Shown: positions 23,754-35,900 of the stretch, one piece after another
Position numbering within the stretch: the first letter of the stretch is position 1
How the letters are laid out: each line of letters starts with the position of its first letter
DNA from: Lepidodermella squamata
Taxonomy: Eukaryota; Animalia; Gastrotricha
Direction of reading: 5' to 3'
Length of the DNA: 64,000 nucleotides
Assembly: GCA_047495785.1 (NCBI GenBank)
Contig: JBLDXI010000002.1
Location: 992,001 to 1,056,000 of the forward strand
Translations under genes and position numbers: made by a program
Notes under the pieces: generated by a model
What the model saw: only the letters and a program-made list of their open reading frames with translations
What the model was told of the DNA's origin: nothing
Databases searched by the model: none

Positions 23754-26700
23754 CTAGATCTCTTGGAGATCTGGCAATGTTGTTGTAGGAGCTGTCGTCA
23801 ACTTCACGCACGTTTTGCAACCTTTCGTCGAAGCATTTTTACCTATCAGCAAATCCCTCGCCTTTTTATAATTCTTCTTATCAGCTACTACCAAAGCAGT
23901 CTCGCCAGTAACTGAGTTGACAGCGTCAACATTGACGTCGGTATCGAGAAGATACGACCAAACTTTACGGGCTCGATTCCTAATGGCAGCCATCAGAATT
24001 GTATCGCCATCGACCACATTTGTGACGCCATTGACTTGAGCTTTGTTCTCGAGCAGCACGCTCACCACTTCATCTTGGTTAGCCGCAGCAGCTTCCCACA
24101 GCGCCGTCGTGCCATTAACACCCTTCGCCTCGATATCGGCACGATTTTCAAGCAACATCCGCACAACATCAGTATTGCCTCGAGCAGCAGCGATTATTAG
24201 GGCGGTTTGTTGGTAATTATCGCGAGCATCTACCTCAGCGCCTTTTTCCAACAGAAGTGCAGCGAAGTCGGGGCCGTTTTCAACATTGCCAGCTGCATGC
24301 ATCAGAGGCGTTTGACCGTAATCATCATCTTTAGCCTCCAGATTAGCGCCAATATCGAGCATCGATTCCAAGCAAGATTTCGCGCCGGTTTTTATGATAA
24401 TAGAAAACAAGTATGCGCCAGCTGATTTAACGATTTCGGCACTTTTCTCGTTGTGAAGGCGAAGAATTTGCTCAGCCAAATCGCACCTGGAATACTCAAG
24501 GGCCAGCGTGAAAGCGTCAAACTCGGCCAATTCGCTAATTTGAGGATCAGCGCCGTGATTTTTCAAGAATTTCATAGCTTCTGCATTTTCACAACTGACA
24601 GCTTGATGATAGGCAGTTGCATCGATGTGAACGCGACCTTTGCAGTACATCGCCGCCTCAGGATCCTGCCAATTGATATTGCATCCAAAGCCGATGAGCC
24701 GTTCCGCAATTTCAACATCAACGTCAGGGCCAAGGACAATCGCCTTAATCATTTGGCGCTGCTGCTCATCAGACTAAATACAATATAAATAAAATAAAGC
24801 GATAAGATCAACTTTTGAAATCAGCTTAAGCTATTTTTTCTCAAGGAATGACAATGAGCTATCTGGCAACCCAAATTTACTGGTACAACGAGAACCAGGT
24901 GTAATCTATTGACTCCCAAAACAACCAATTCGAAGAGGTCCTATGTCCGAAAAAACGGAACTCACGCATGGTTCGAGGCATTCGGCATCGACAATCCATT
25001 TAGAATCTGCATTGCAGGTGATCGAACCAGAACCCTTGATTTTGTAACCATCTTGGCATTGGATCGTCAATTTGAAACCAGGTAAGTAAGGACCCGAGGC
25101 TTCTTGAGGTTCAGCGTGTTCTACAAAAGGCAGCGGAGATTCCTAAAGCCGAATCGAACGGATAAAGATATTATTTAGACATGAATCAACTTACGCAAGG
25201 AGGGATCTCGCATTTCACGTCGTATTCCCACTTTCCATTTTTGCATTCCATTTTGGGTACACCATGTAGCTTGAAACCAGTTTTGCATGTAACGGTAACA
25301 GTTGGCGTGGAGGCGGAACCTGGTACTGTTTCAAAAATTGCGTTTTCAATCTTCGGTGGTTCGCCGCAACTTGGAGCTACAACAACGAAAACGAGCTTTT
25401 TAGCAATCAACAGAAGTCAAAGTAATCTCACCGCCATCGGAAGTTTTGAAGCCATCATCTGCTTCGGAACATTCCCCGTGGAACTCCCAGTCGTTCTCAT
25501 TAATGTCCATCATGTACACACAAATCGCATAGCCCCCGCCGATGTAGCCCTTGTTACACTTGAAATGACGCGTTGAGTTGAGGTCGTTCGAGCCATCGAG
25601 GAAATAGCCGTTGTCAGCATTAGGATCCTTACAATTTGGCGAAACGGCTAAAATTAATTAAATTGCTCACATGTTAGAGGAGTTGAAGTTAATCATTACA
25701 TACTGAGAGATCTGCAAAATCCTTTGATGTCCCAGGTAGGCCCGTCATCTTGAGAAACGCATTCAGCAGTGTCCAGGCCAGCAACTTCGAAGCCTTCGCT
25801 GCAAGCAAATGTTCTCGTTGAGCTTAGTTCGCTAGTGCCAGGCTGGAAGTAGCCATTTTCGATAAAAGGATCGGGACAAATTTGCATAGAAGTTTGGGAG
25901 TTGGCTGATGAAAAATAAAAATGTTGTGTTGTAAGTCAGCTTGTTCGTCTATACGCGCTAGGCTTTTGCTTTAAATCTTTAAATTGGGGTTGTAAGTTGA
26001 AAATTGAATTTAGACACCCTATACAAATTGGACTAGGTTTTCCATCATTTTGAGATTTTAAAGAAATAATGAATTATGATATTCAATTTGAAAGGGATTT
26101 TAATTTCGCATTAGAAATCTTAAATTTCGACTTTTGACTCAAAGATTCCGGAAAATGCTTACGTGACAAAGATTCGCATTCCGCCATTGGACTTGCTTTC
26201 AGCCATTTGCCATTATAGCACTTCATCTCGACAGATCCACGAATGCTCGAAAACCCATCGATGCATTTACCCTTGCGGTAGGCGCCATCGTGCGATTCAC
26301 CCTTAGATTCCATAACAGCGTTTTCGAACTTCGGTTCTTCCTTGCACATTTCTGAACAAGAGCTTGCTAGCAAAAAATTGATAATATCAAATTATACTTA
26401 CTTTTGCAATACCGAACATTCGTGAAATCGTCACTCCAAGCCCCGTTTTCGAAGCACTCTGACTCCAACCCGTGCCCGATGTTATCTGATGCGTTGAGGC
26501 AGGACAGTTGCATCCTAAAACCAACCTTTGGAAATTTCCGTGTTTGAGCGACCCAGTGCTTCGAAGTGGGGGCTTTGTACATCACCGAATGCAGCGGATA
26601 TTTCGCCTTGTCGTATGCCATCGGAGGGCATCCTATTACGGCTCTGACTCCGGGCTAGAAAAATCATTTAACCTAATGTTATCAGATAATAGCTGGAGGA

Positions 26701-27211
26701 GAAAGGCTCTTATAATTTCGAATACTGATGGTGTATTAAAGAAAATTTATTCAAATTTTCAGCATTTTGAAATTTTAGTTTTGTTAATTCAAAGCAAGAA
26801 ATTAGCCAAAGAATAATCTTACGTCGCAGTAACAATCAAATTTATCACTCCAATGGCCACTGTCCAAGCATGATCGATACGTCGAGCGTGTCGAATTGCC
26901 GCGAAATTCAAGCGTCTCATCATCCCTGCATTTGACTTTAACACCGCAACCAGCAGCCACATAGGTTAAACGATCGTCTTTGTCACGCAGGAAAGCACTG
27001 AGTTTTCGGGAGCAAGTGTCGGTATCGGGCTCGATTATCACACCGGGAGTTACTGGGACCACGCATCGTCTGATCTGTGTTACAAAACCAATTTTAACCC
27101 AGATTGTTGGTTAATTTATCCATTTATCCATACCTTTTTCGGCGGTTTTGAATTGATTGAATCGACTAATGCGATTGCACATAAAATTGAAATCAAAATA
27201 AATAATCGCAT
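23754..27211 (-). CDS. Sushi-ankyrin gene E: signal peptide + 7 CCP-like modules + ankyrin repeats
   Basis: ATG 27211 MRLFILISILCAIALVDS. CCP exons from ~27074 to ~24966. Ankyrin exon 24773-23754. Confidence 0.87.
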
Positions 27212-27894
27212 GCTGATTTGTCTATTTCAGTTATAGAAAAAGTTAAAATGGTAAGTTTCATAGAAAGAGAAAAATGGCCCGAAATTAAGCTGGCTGTAAT
27301 GTTTGAAAACAGTTTGCTACTAGCTGTATCTGACACTGGTGCCATTCGGGCACGTGCAAATGAAGCAGGTGTGTGACAGTTAATGTGTTAAAGCAGAACA
27401 GCAAATGTAAATAAACTGGAAATTCGTTCAACTTCAATTCATGGTTTTTGGAAATTGTGTGAATTTAAATGAAAATAAGGAATGAGCATATCGAAATGTT
27501 TTGATTTAAAAAAAGCGTGTAAACGGATTCTCCAACGCATTTTCAAATCTGAGTGTGTCGGAAACTCGGTTCTATCGGTTTAGAACATGAACACGCGAGT
27601 GGACTTCGTTCGTGTTGCGACGTAAGAGACCGCGTTAGGCAGTAATTCCACGCTGTTTGTAATAAAATACTTGGTACTGATATAAGCTACTTTTTATTTG
27701 CCGGTAATAGGATCATTATTTCGGCGCATCCGATACTGAACGGTTGCAACGCCTACCAGAATGCGAACTACGCACAAACGCTTCAGAAAATTTCTCCGTT
27801 ATCATGGCTAAATTCTTAAGATCAACCAAATTTATCCTCCTCTTCCTGATTTCACCTTCGTTCCCTTCGAGCGTAGTCTAGGATAATTCTATCA

Positions 27895-28022
27895 ATTATA
27901 TAATTATAATATATTATAATATAATATAATATAATATAATATAATATAATATAATATAATATAATATAATATATATAATATAATATAATATAATATAATA
28001 TAATATATATAATATAATATAA
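27895..28022. repeat. (ATAAT)n microsatellite
   Basis: Direct reading, about 20 pentamer units with a few interruptions. Confidence 0.95.
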
Positions 28023-28339
28023 TTTTTATTTTTCAATTCCATCAATTCTATCAATATCCATAGGGTAAACTCATAGGGTAACGTCTCTGTCTCTGTCTCT
28101 CTCACTCTCTCTGCATAGTCTTGTTGAACCATGACTATCACCACTTATTGTTCAAACATGACCAGAGTCTGCTTTCGAATGGGCAAAATTTTTAGTTTCC
28201 AATTCCCGGAGCATAATTTTATGTGACCCATGCAGTTATCATCACGAAAAGTGCATATTACGGAATTATGGACTATGAGCCAATTTTTATACTATCATGA
28301 AAATGCCAAGAGAGCACTCATTACGCTATTAATACTCCT

Positions 28340-29180
28340 GAAAACGCACATCAGCGAAGTTCGCGCTAAGGCGAACCGAGGTACCTACGCTCTTAAAATG
28401 GCTTCAAAACATTTGAACAGGAAATCTTTGGTCACGATGGCTAACGCAGTAGTATTGAGTCACTTGAACTACTGTGACACAGTTTTGGACCAGGCGTCTG
28501 ACAGCAATCTAAAAGCTATTCAATCCGTCCAAAACAGAGTCATGCGCATCATCCTACGAAAAGACCGAACGGCTGACCCTAGCGAAATGCAAAATCAACT
28601 GGGTTGGCTTGACATGGCGGGCAAGCGAAAAGTGCACATCATCACAATGGTTTGGAAATGCTTGAACCAAGAAGCGCCTACAACTTTGCGCGATATGTTC
28701 AAATCGAAAGAACAACCACGCAACCTACGCAGCTATTTCGACCAAGCTTTGGAAGTGCCATTTTTCACTTGCAAACGTGCTCAATCAACTCTCGCTTTCA
28801 AAGGTGCTGTAGCTTGGAATGCTTTGCCTCGCCACGTACAAGAATCGAAATCAGCGCATGAGTGTCGACAAAATGTATATCTTTACCTTCTCGGCGATGC
28901 GCCATTCCAGTTTTCAAACGCGTCCCAAAAATTGTAAATTTTAATAGAAACTATTTTTATATGAGCTTACCTTACATCTCATTCTCTCTAATTTTAACGT
29001 TAATGTGGAGCCAATTGTTGTTGTTGTTTTGTATTATCACTACCAAAATGAACAAATGGAATTTGAAACGGACTGAATATGACTCTGATTTTTCTGCCGG
29101 CTATGAGTGGATTGCCCGATTAACATTGTTGTGAGCGTTCGGCTACGGACTTAAGCTCTTAAATAAATAAAAATAAAAAA
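28340..29180 (+). mobile_element. 5'-truncated LINE 3' end (L2/Crack-like ORF2 C-terminus plus A-rich tail)
   Basis: HISEVRAKAN...VLSHLNYCDTV...IQSVQNRVMRII...LGWL...GAVAWNALP. Tail aaataaataaaaataaaaaa at 29161-29180. Confidence 0.8.
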
Positions 29181-29887
29181 TAGTTAAAAACTATTTTGTG
29201 GTTATCCTTCTCCATTATCTCGCAGCTCGCAGGCATTTCGATATACTTCTTAAATTGTATTGCATGAAAAAGCGATCAAGTATTTTTATAATCGCATTTC
29301 ATGTTTTATCAAATATGAGCCGTTGAGCTGTTGCGACAAACTGAACTACAACCTTGCGCGAAGCTCGCGGAATCGCTAAAGTAGATTCGCAGCCACATGA
29401 GGTCAATAGCGGAATCACCCTAAGTTTACAAAGTTGGTAGCATTCGAGAATTGCTAGGATGACTTTTATCCCTGCATCCTAAGAAAGATGCGGATTGTCT
29501 TGGTAATGTGATCTGGTTAGCGATTTAGCGATGATTGATGATTAGCAATTAGCAACGAAACCGCCGTATTCGAGGAATGCTTGACATGCAATTCGCTTGG
29601 CATGATTCGTATACGACAAAACGTGACCCACCATTTAAGTTAAGGTTTCACGATTTTTGCGCGGTCTTCTTAATGAAATAGTACGTCACATTTAGTCTGA
29701 TGGTGTTGAACCGACTGCAAAATGCCACGGACTAATAGTTATCAAAGAAAGCAATCATGCGCAGTATAATTTATAATTTACAATGCGCATCCACATGGTC
29801 ATTTTAGCTGGAATCTTAACTATCAATCAATCAGGAATGCCTACGGCACTTCAATCTAATGGCGAAAATGCAGAAATACTTTCAGGG

Positions 29888-30380
29888 CAGTGTGGTCCAA
29901 AGTGTGACTCCCAGTCATTTGACTCTTATGGGATTTTTTTACTCATGTGTGACTCCGACTTAATTATATACTAAGCCGAGCTTGACTCAGAAAAGAGTCA
30001 CAAATATTAACCTAGCTAAACTTGACTGCGGCTCTCAGTTTGACTCCAAAATGAGATGCTTTAACTCCACGCTCATCCAAAATGTCCAAAAAGTCGAAGA
30101 AATATCGTCAGCTAAAGCTCGCTTCGCTCACAGTTAGCTATTTTTTACAAGTTACAAAGGCGCAAAAATGACGAATTTTGTTAAAAACCAGTCGAACCCC
30201 GCGAAAAGTTGCAGCGACAGGTGAATATAGAGAGCAATTTTCGCGCTAGAACGGGAATTGGAGTGATATTTAGACGTAAAATTTATCGGTGTTTTTCGGC
30301 GTTTTAATGGTTTTGACTCTTTTTGGCCCAATTGTGACTCCGGTTTGTGACTCGCCAGTTTCCGGCAGTGGACCACACTG
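29888..30380. mobile_element. Non-autonomous hAT-like element
   Basis: 12-bp TIR CAGTGTGGTCCA/TGGACCACACTG. Perfect 8-bp TSD TTTCAGGG. Subterminal TGACTC motifs at both ends. Confidence 0.88.
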
Positions 30381-32717
30381 TTTCAGGGTTTCAGATGGAT
30401 TGAAGGCAAATAAGTGGCGCGTACTTCATGATGAGAACGGCTTACGGGTAGATTTCTGAAGCAATGGAGCAATTCGTTCTCCTTGTCAAGGCTAAATCCT
30501 AAATCAAAGCGCAGCTTTTTAGAGACAAATCTTATCTGCTCTAGGTATTGAAATTCAACACTTAATTGGTATCCAATAGATATAGACATTCTTTGCTTTC
30601 AAATTTTAAATGGAAGAAAAAAGCTAAAACAAAGCTGTCAAAGCAAAATGAACCGCTATCACTGCGCCGTAGTCGTACCGTAGTCGTTAGCGTCGTTGAA
30701 TACAACTCAGATTCGGGCTTGTTCACGTCAGTTACAGACAGTTGACGGGTGACAAGTTTGCTTCCCTCTTCGTTCACATAAAAACTCTGCTATCACCTTT
30801 TACTTGTCACTGACGTAACCTTGCCCAAATCAGAGTTATTCAACGACGCTAACGCTCCCATATCTGTGGCTTATCAATTTGGTTATCGTTAGTTAGTTAA
30901 TTAGTTAACCAATGGAGTATCACCGTCATCGATTCTTGAAAAGTATTAGTTCATTTCGGTTTTAAGTGATAAATTTTCAGAACACTTTAAAGACCTCTTG
31001 TTTCCTAATTCAAAGATTCAGCCGCCGAAATTTCCAAAGGGGAGTTCTACTTTCAATAACATTACATGTGCATGAATATCATTCTATAATTTTTCGTAGA
31101 AATCAGAGGACCTTTTAATTTAGAATGGCTCGTTTCTAAAATACGTAATAAGAATTCATTAAAATCTTATTGCACTTTCTCTCGCAGCTATTAAAGTAGC
31201 AAAGTACATCCTATTAGCTGCTGTATTAAATTCTAAATTCTGCATTGTTGATAGGGTTATTATACCTCAACTTTTACATGAATTCGGCACTCGAGTTATA
31301 GCTGATCGGATAAAGATTGGATATTGGATATTGATTGTGTATCGGAAAAGGAAAATTCCGGCATAAGGTCGCTACTAAACTATTGCAGAGTGCTGGCTCT
31401 TTCGATATATTCAACCTGTTATCGCCATTTCTGTTAAACAAAGTGTGATGAATTATTCTCTTAGTTTCATTTCCTTGATTCGTTTTCAATTATTTCGCTG
31501 CATTGAAAATAAAGATTTACGGCACCGAGTCACGGATAATAATAGTATTTCATTGGTCACGGCAGCTCGTTTTTCCTCCTGTAAAATCTGCAATCTAAGA
31601 ATTCCAGAAGAACGCGAGAAAACTTGGAAGAATTATAGGCGAAAAAGCTGAATTTCTCTTATCTCTTCAAGAGTCCAAGAACGCACTATAGCAATCGCAG
31701 CTAATGGCAATTTTATAGCCCTTGAACCAAAGATAGTAATTTGGGATGCAACCGCTCCGCAGTTGTAAACAACCGCAATATAGCGGTATAATGATGTATA
31801 GAAATATGCGCTAGTACTGGCGGTCCCTTACGTCGCAACACGAACGACTTGCCCGGATCTTCATTCGCTATGCTACGTCCAACCTGTTTTATAAAACTGT
31901 TTCCAATTGTATCCAGCACGAATTTCAGCACCTAACCAGCACTAATTTTTCGCACTATCCAGCACGCGTGCGATTTATCCAGCACCATTATCCAGCACTA
32001 GTCCCTAGCCATGACCGGCACGCATCCAGCACTGAATCCAGCACTAAAAGCACCAGTGCTGGACAGTGCAGGAAAAGGCCTAATTGAAAGGGAAAAACGA
32101 GGCGGCGGTTCCGTGACCCGATCTCGGCACCCATCCAGCACATGTGGCGGCAAACCCTGTACACCACCGGATTCACTGTATCAAATGTGACGGTTTTGAA
32201 TATAGGCCAAAATCGCGGTTTGCGAAGCCGATATCGACACGATCGGCGGCGAATTTGGGCAGCGGCCGCTGATAGTTTGTACAGAATTTTGAGGGCTATC
32301 CGCCGATATACGATTTATTGACCGGCGATACTTGGTTCGCGCTGAAATTGCGTGCAAAGTGAGTCAACTGGGCGTGCAAAATCCAAACGCCATTCGTATT
32401 TTTTGTGTGTCACACCTGATTCTCAGAAATGTTGACTCTGCCTGCTTTGAACTATCGTCCAGCACGCGCTCACGACTTTGTCAATTTTTGTTAGCTGTTT
32501 GAGTCCATTTTCAGGATCTTCATCCGGGCTTTCCCCAGCAAAAATGTACCTTCGTGATCTAAAGGAATCGAACCCTTCCACACCCTGGCTGAACCACTTC
32601 TTTCATGTTCTTCCCATTTGTGCTACGCATGCATTTTCAGTCGACATGGCAAGATATTGCCTTTGCGCGAAAATGAAGTTATTGACTCAGTTCACCAGCA
32701 CTGACTCTTGTTTAATA

Positions 32718-32813
32718 CCGTAGTTACCGAAATAGAAGCCTAGGCGGCAACCATTTGTCGGCACTTTGATGTTCTCTGTAGTGCCGCCCAGGCTTGTATT
32801 TCGGTAACTACGG
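32718..32813. mobile_element. 96-bp hairpin MITE (Tc1/mariner-type, TA flanks)
   Basis: ~32-nt TIR CCGTAGTTACCGAAATAgAAGCCTaGGCGGCA with TA on both sides. Confidence 0.8.
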
Positions 32814-32944
32814 TATTTGCAATAATTAAAAAGCTGCAAGATCAGAACCACTGAGAGATCTTTTTATTCAACTCATAATGTTAAATGGAGGACGCAGAGA
32901 GAATGCCTCTAAAACTTTACAACAAAGAAGAGATTCCCATGTGA

Positions 32945-35900
32945 TCAATGGGATGACGCGCGCCTACATAAACCTAGTGAGCAGTTTGCGGTGTTGGCGC
33001 CGTGTCTAATCAGCATTTTCACCATGTCACTAAATCCAAGCTTCGCAGCAAGAATCAGTGGTGTTTCGCCGTTTTTATCCGCAGCTTCAATATTGGCTCC
33101 ACTATCTAACAACACCTTCGCAACCTTAACGTGATTCCCAAGAACGGCTTTAGCTAAGGCTGTGAAGCCATTGACATCCTTCACATCGACCGTCGCTCCG
33201 TTTTCCAGCAATAACTTGACGACATCGACGTGACCATTCTCACTGGCTAGCATTAGAGGCGTCAAATTTTCCAGTTTGCTCCTAACGTTAGTTGACACGC
33301 GTTCGACGAAGAAACTGACGCTATCCTCATCTCCCTGCATTGCAGCGATCGCAATCGGTGGTAGGCCACGGCCTGTTTCGACCTTCTCAAGCGGGGCTCC
33401 GGCGTCAACCAAAGTTTCGATGACTTTGGCACTGCTCTTGCAAGCCAGAGCTTGGTGTAAGGCGTTTGATCCTTTCAAAACCAACCCATTACACGTGAAT
33501 TCTTCGTCATCGAGCCACTCGGGATCGAAATGAAGCCCGCCCTCCCTCGCCATCAGCAGGTTTTTCAGCTTACCAATGTTGTCAGTATACGCAGCTTCAG
33601 CAATTTCACGTTGATATTCAAAGTTGGCCTGAAATGGGAGTCAATAATAAAAAACACGAGTTGAGACCAAGTGATAGTACCTTTGATCGGTGAATGCATT
33701 TCGCATCGATAGTAACGCTGCCGTTTTGACAGAATACAAGGCCGCTGCCGAAGAGAACGTGATGATCAAAGCAAGTGACTCTTCCTGGCTGATTAGGACC
33801 CAAAAGCGTCACAGTGCCATTTTCGACTTCAACTATGCTTAATTCGCAACCAGATGTCGTTTCGAAAACTGGCGATCTGTCATCTAAAAACAATATCCAA
33901 TCAATCACGATCAAATGATCCAGAACATTTGTTGGGCATATCAAATTCGGCAATGAGGAATTACCTAAATGCTAAGTGGAAATAGGATCCTCGAGGTGGG
34001 GGTACGCTTGGGTATTTTCAGGACCGGAATCATAAGTCCAAAGAGTCCCCCCGTGGTTTTTTGGGTTTTCTTGCCTGGACCTCTCGAATTGGGGGTACGG
34101 TACACCCCCCTACCCACTTACTTCGCTCAATGTTAATGCTTACCTTTTGCTACACAGCTACCCGAAACCTGCCAAGTCAACTTGTTTCTATGTCGAACAC
34201 AAACAGCACTGCCTTCCCCTTCCAGTTCGAAGCCTTCAAGGCAAGAAAATGTCCGATTTGACGACACATTGTTGGAACCCTCGCTGAAGAACCCATCAGC
34301 AACAGAAGGCTCGGGACATTCTTCTATTTGAAAAAAAAACGCAGTCTTAAAGTTATAATTGATAGAAAAACATAGATTCAGTGCCTGGGAGAGCCTCGCA
34401 AGTGGCCATAGGGTAGGTCTTTATCCAAGCCCCGTTATGGCACGTCATTTCGACATGGCCGCGGAGAGACGCAAATCCAGGCTTGCACTTGCCAAATCTT
34501 CGCGCCTGGTCGTTACTGGGACCCTTCCTAATCACAGCATTTTCGAAAATCGGCTCATCCTTGCATTCAATTATAGGGGCTGCAACTAAACATTTAAAGA
34601 ATACTAAACTGAAACAAGCGAAGTTACCTTTTTCGCGTTTCAGCCTCGTACAGTAACCATTAACCTGCCAGCGGCCTTTCTTGCTACATCTGACAAAACT
34701 GGAGCCAAAAAGCTTGAAACCGCGGTGACAGACAAGCTTAGCTAGTCGATTCGCATCGACCTTCGCAACCACGAAGTCCGCATTCGGCAGCTCCGGCAAT
34801 GACCCGCAGTTAACAGGCCTCGCATCGATACAAACGGTGTGAGAGCAATTGCTGGCATCGGCACCGTGTATGATCAAAACCCGAAGTATCGCCCCGTAAC
34901 TGCCTCGTTCGGCCTTGGTCACAGCTGTTTCGCCCAAGTTATCGACATCGCTAACATTCGCGACCTTCTTCAACAGAAATTCGACGATTTCGAAATTTCC
35001 ACGGCCAGCAGCTTGCATCAGAGCTGTCTCGCCAAATTTCGTTCGAATGTTCAAATCAGCGCCTCGATTTATCAATTCCTTAACCACAGGAAGGTTCTTC
35101 GACTTCGCTGCAGCTTCGAACAGAGGCGTTGTACCGTTCTCCGTCAACAAATTGACATTCGCCCCTTTACTAAGCAGGTACTTCACTATGTCAAGTTCGC
35201 CTTGGTAAGCCGCGATAGTCAAGGCAGATTGGCCGAAGTTATCGACTTGGTCAACTTTGATTGTCTTGGTCGACAGAATCTTTTTGACAATGTCGAGATT
35301 GCCGAACAGGGCTGCCATCATCAGAGCACTTTGGCCGTAGTAAGGGTCTTTTAGGTCCGGGTCAGCCTTGGAGAACAGCAAGTTGAAGGCGTTTATATTC
35401 TCGGTTTCAATAGCTGCCAAAATCGCTGGCCAAGATACAGACACGTTGTGGTTAAGCAATTGAGCTGCTATGCCGAGCTTGTTGAAGTAGACAGCTGCCG
35501 ACAGCGGGTCGAAGCCCTGGACGTCTGTGATTGTTGCATCGGCGCCTTTTTCTAGCAGGTATTTGATGTCTTTCGGCTGCTGATGGCAGACTACGGCCCG
35601 CATTAAAGCTGTTCCTCCGATGAGGGACCATGGGCATTTGCTGGTTGATGGAATTTCGTCGATATCTCTCCAGTTGATGTCGACGGCGTTGGTGGCCAGA
35701 ATGCGGTCGATTTCGGTTAGATTTGCAGTAGCAGCGGCTGTTCCGAGAGCTCGATGTAGTAGCAAACAGTTTTCAACGTCCTTTTGGCATTCGGGGTAAT
35801 CTAAGGGATTTTAGAAAATAGAGAAAAGAGGAACTTAAGATTCAGCGTCAATTATAAGCCATTTAAAAACCCTCGGACAAACCGAATTTCGGAAATTTCA

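Noticed and set aside
27914-28144. ORF with YYIIL repeats
   Set aside because: Translation of the (ATAAT)n microsatellite.
3969-35765. Free-standing bacterial/endosymbiont ankyrin genes or contamination
   Set aside because: Each ankyrin ORF is preceded by an in-frame splice acceptor linking it to CCP exons, and neighbouring genes are metazoan.
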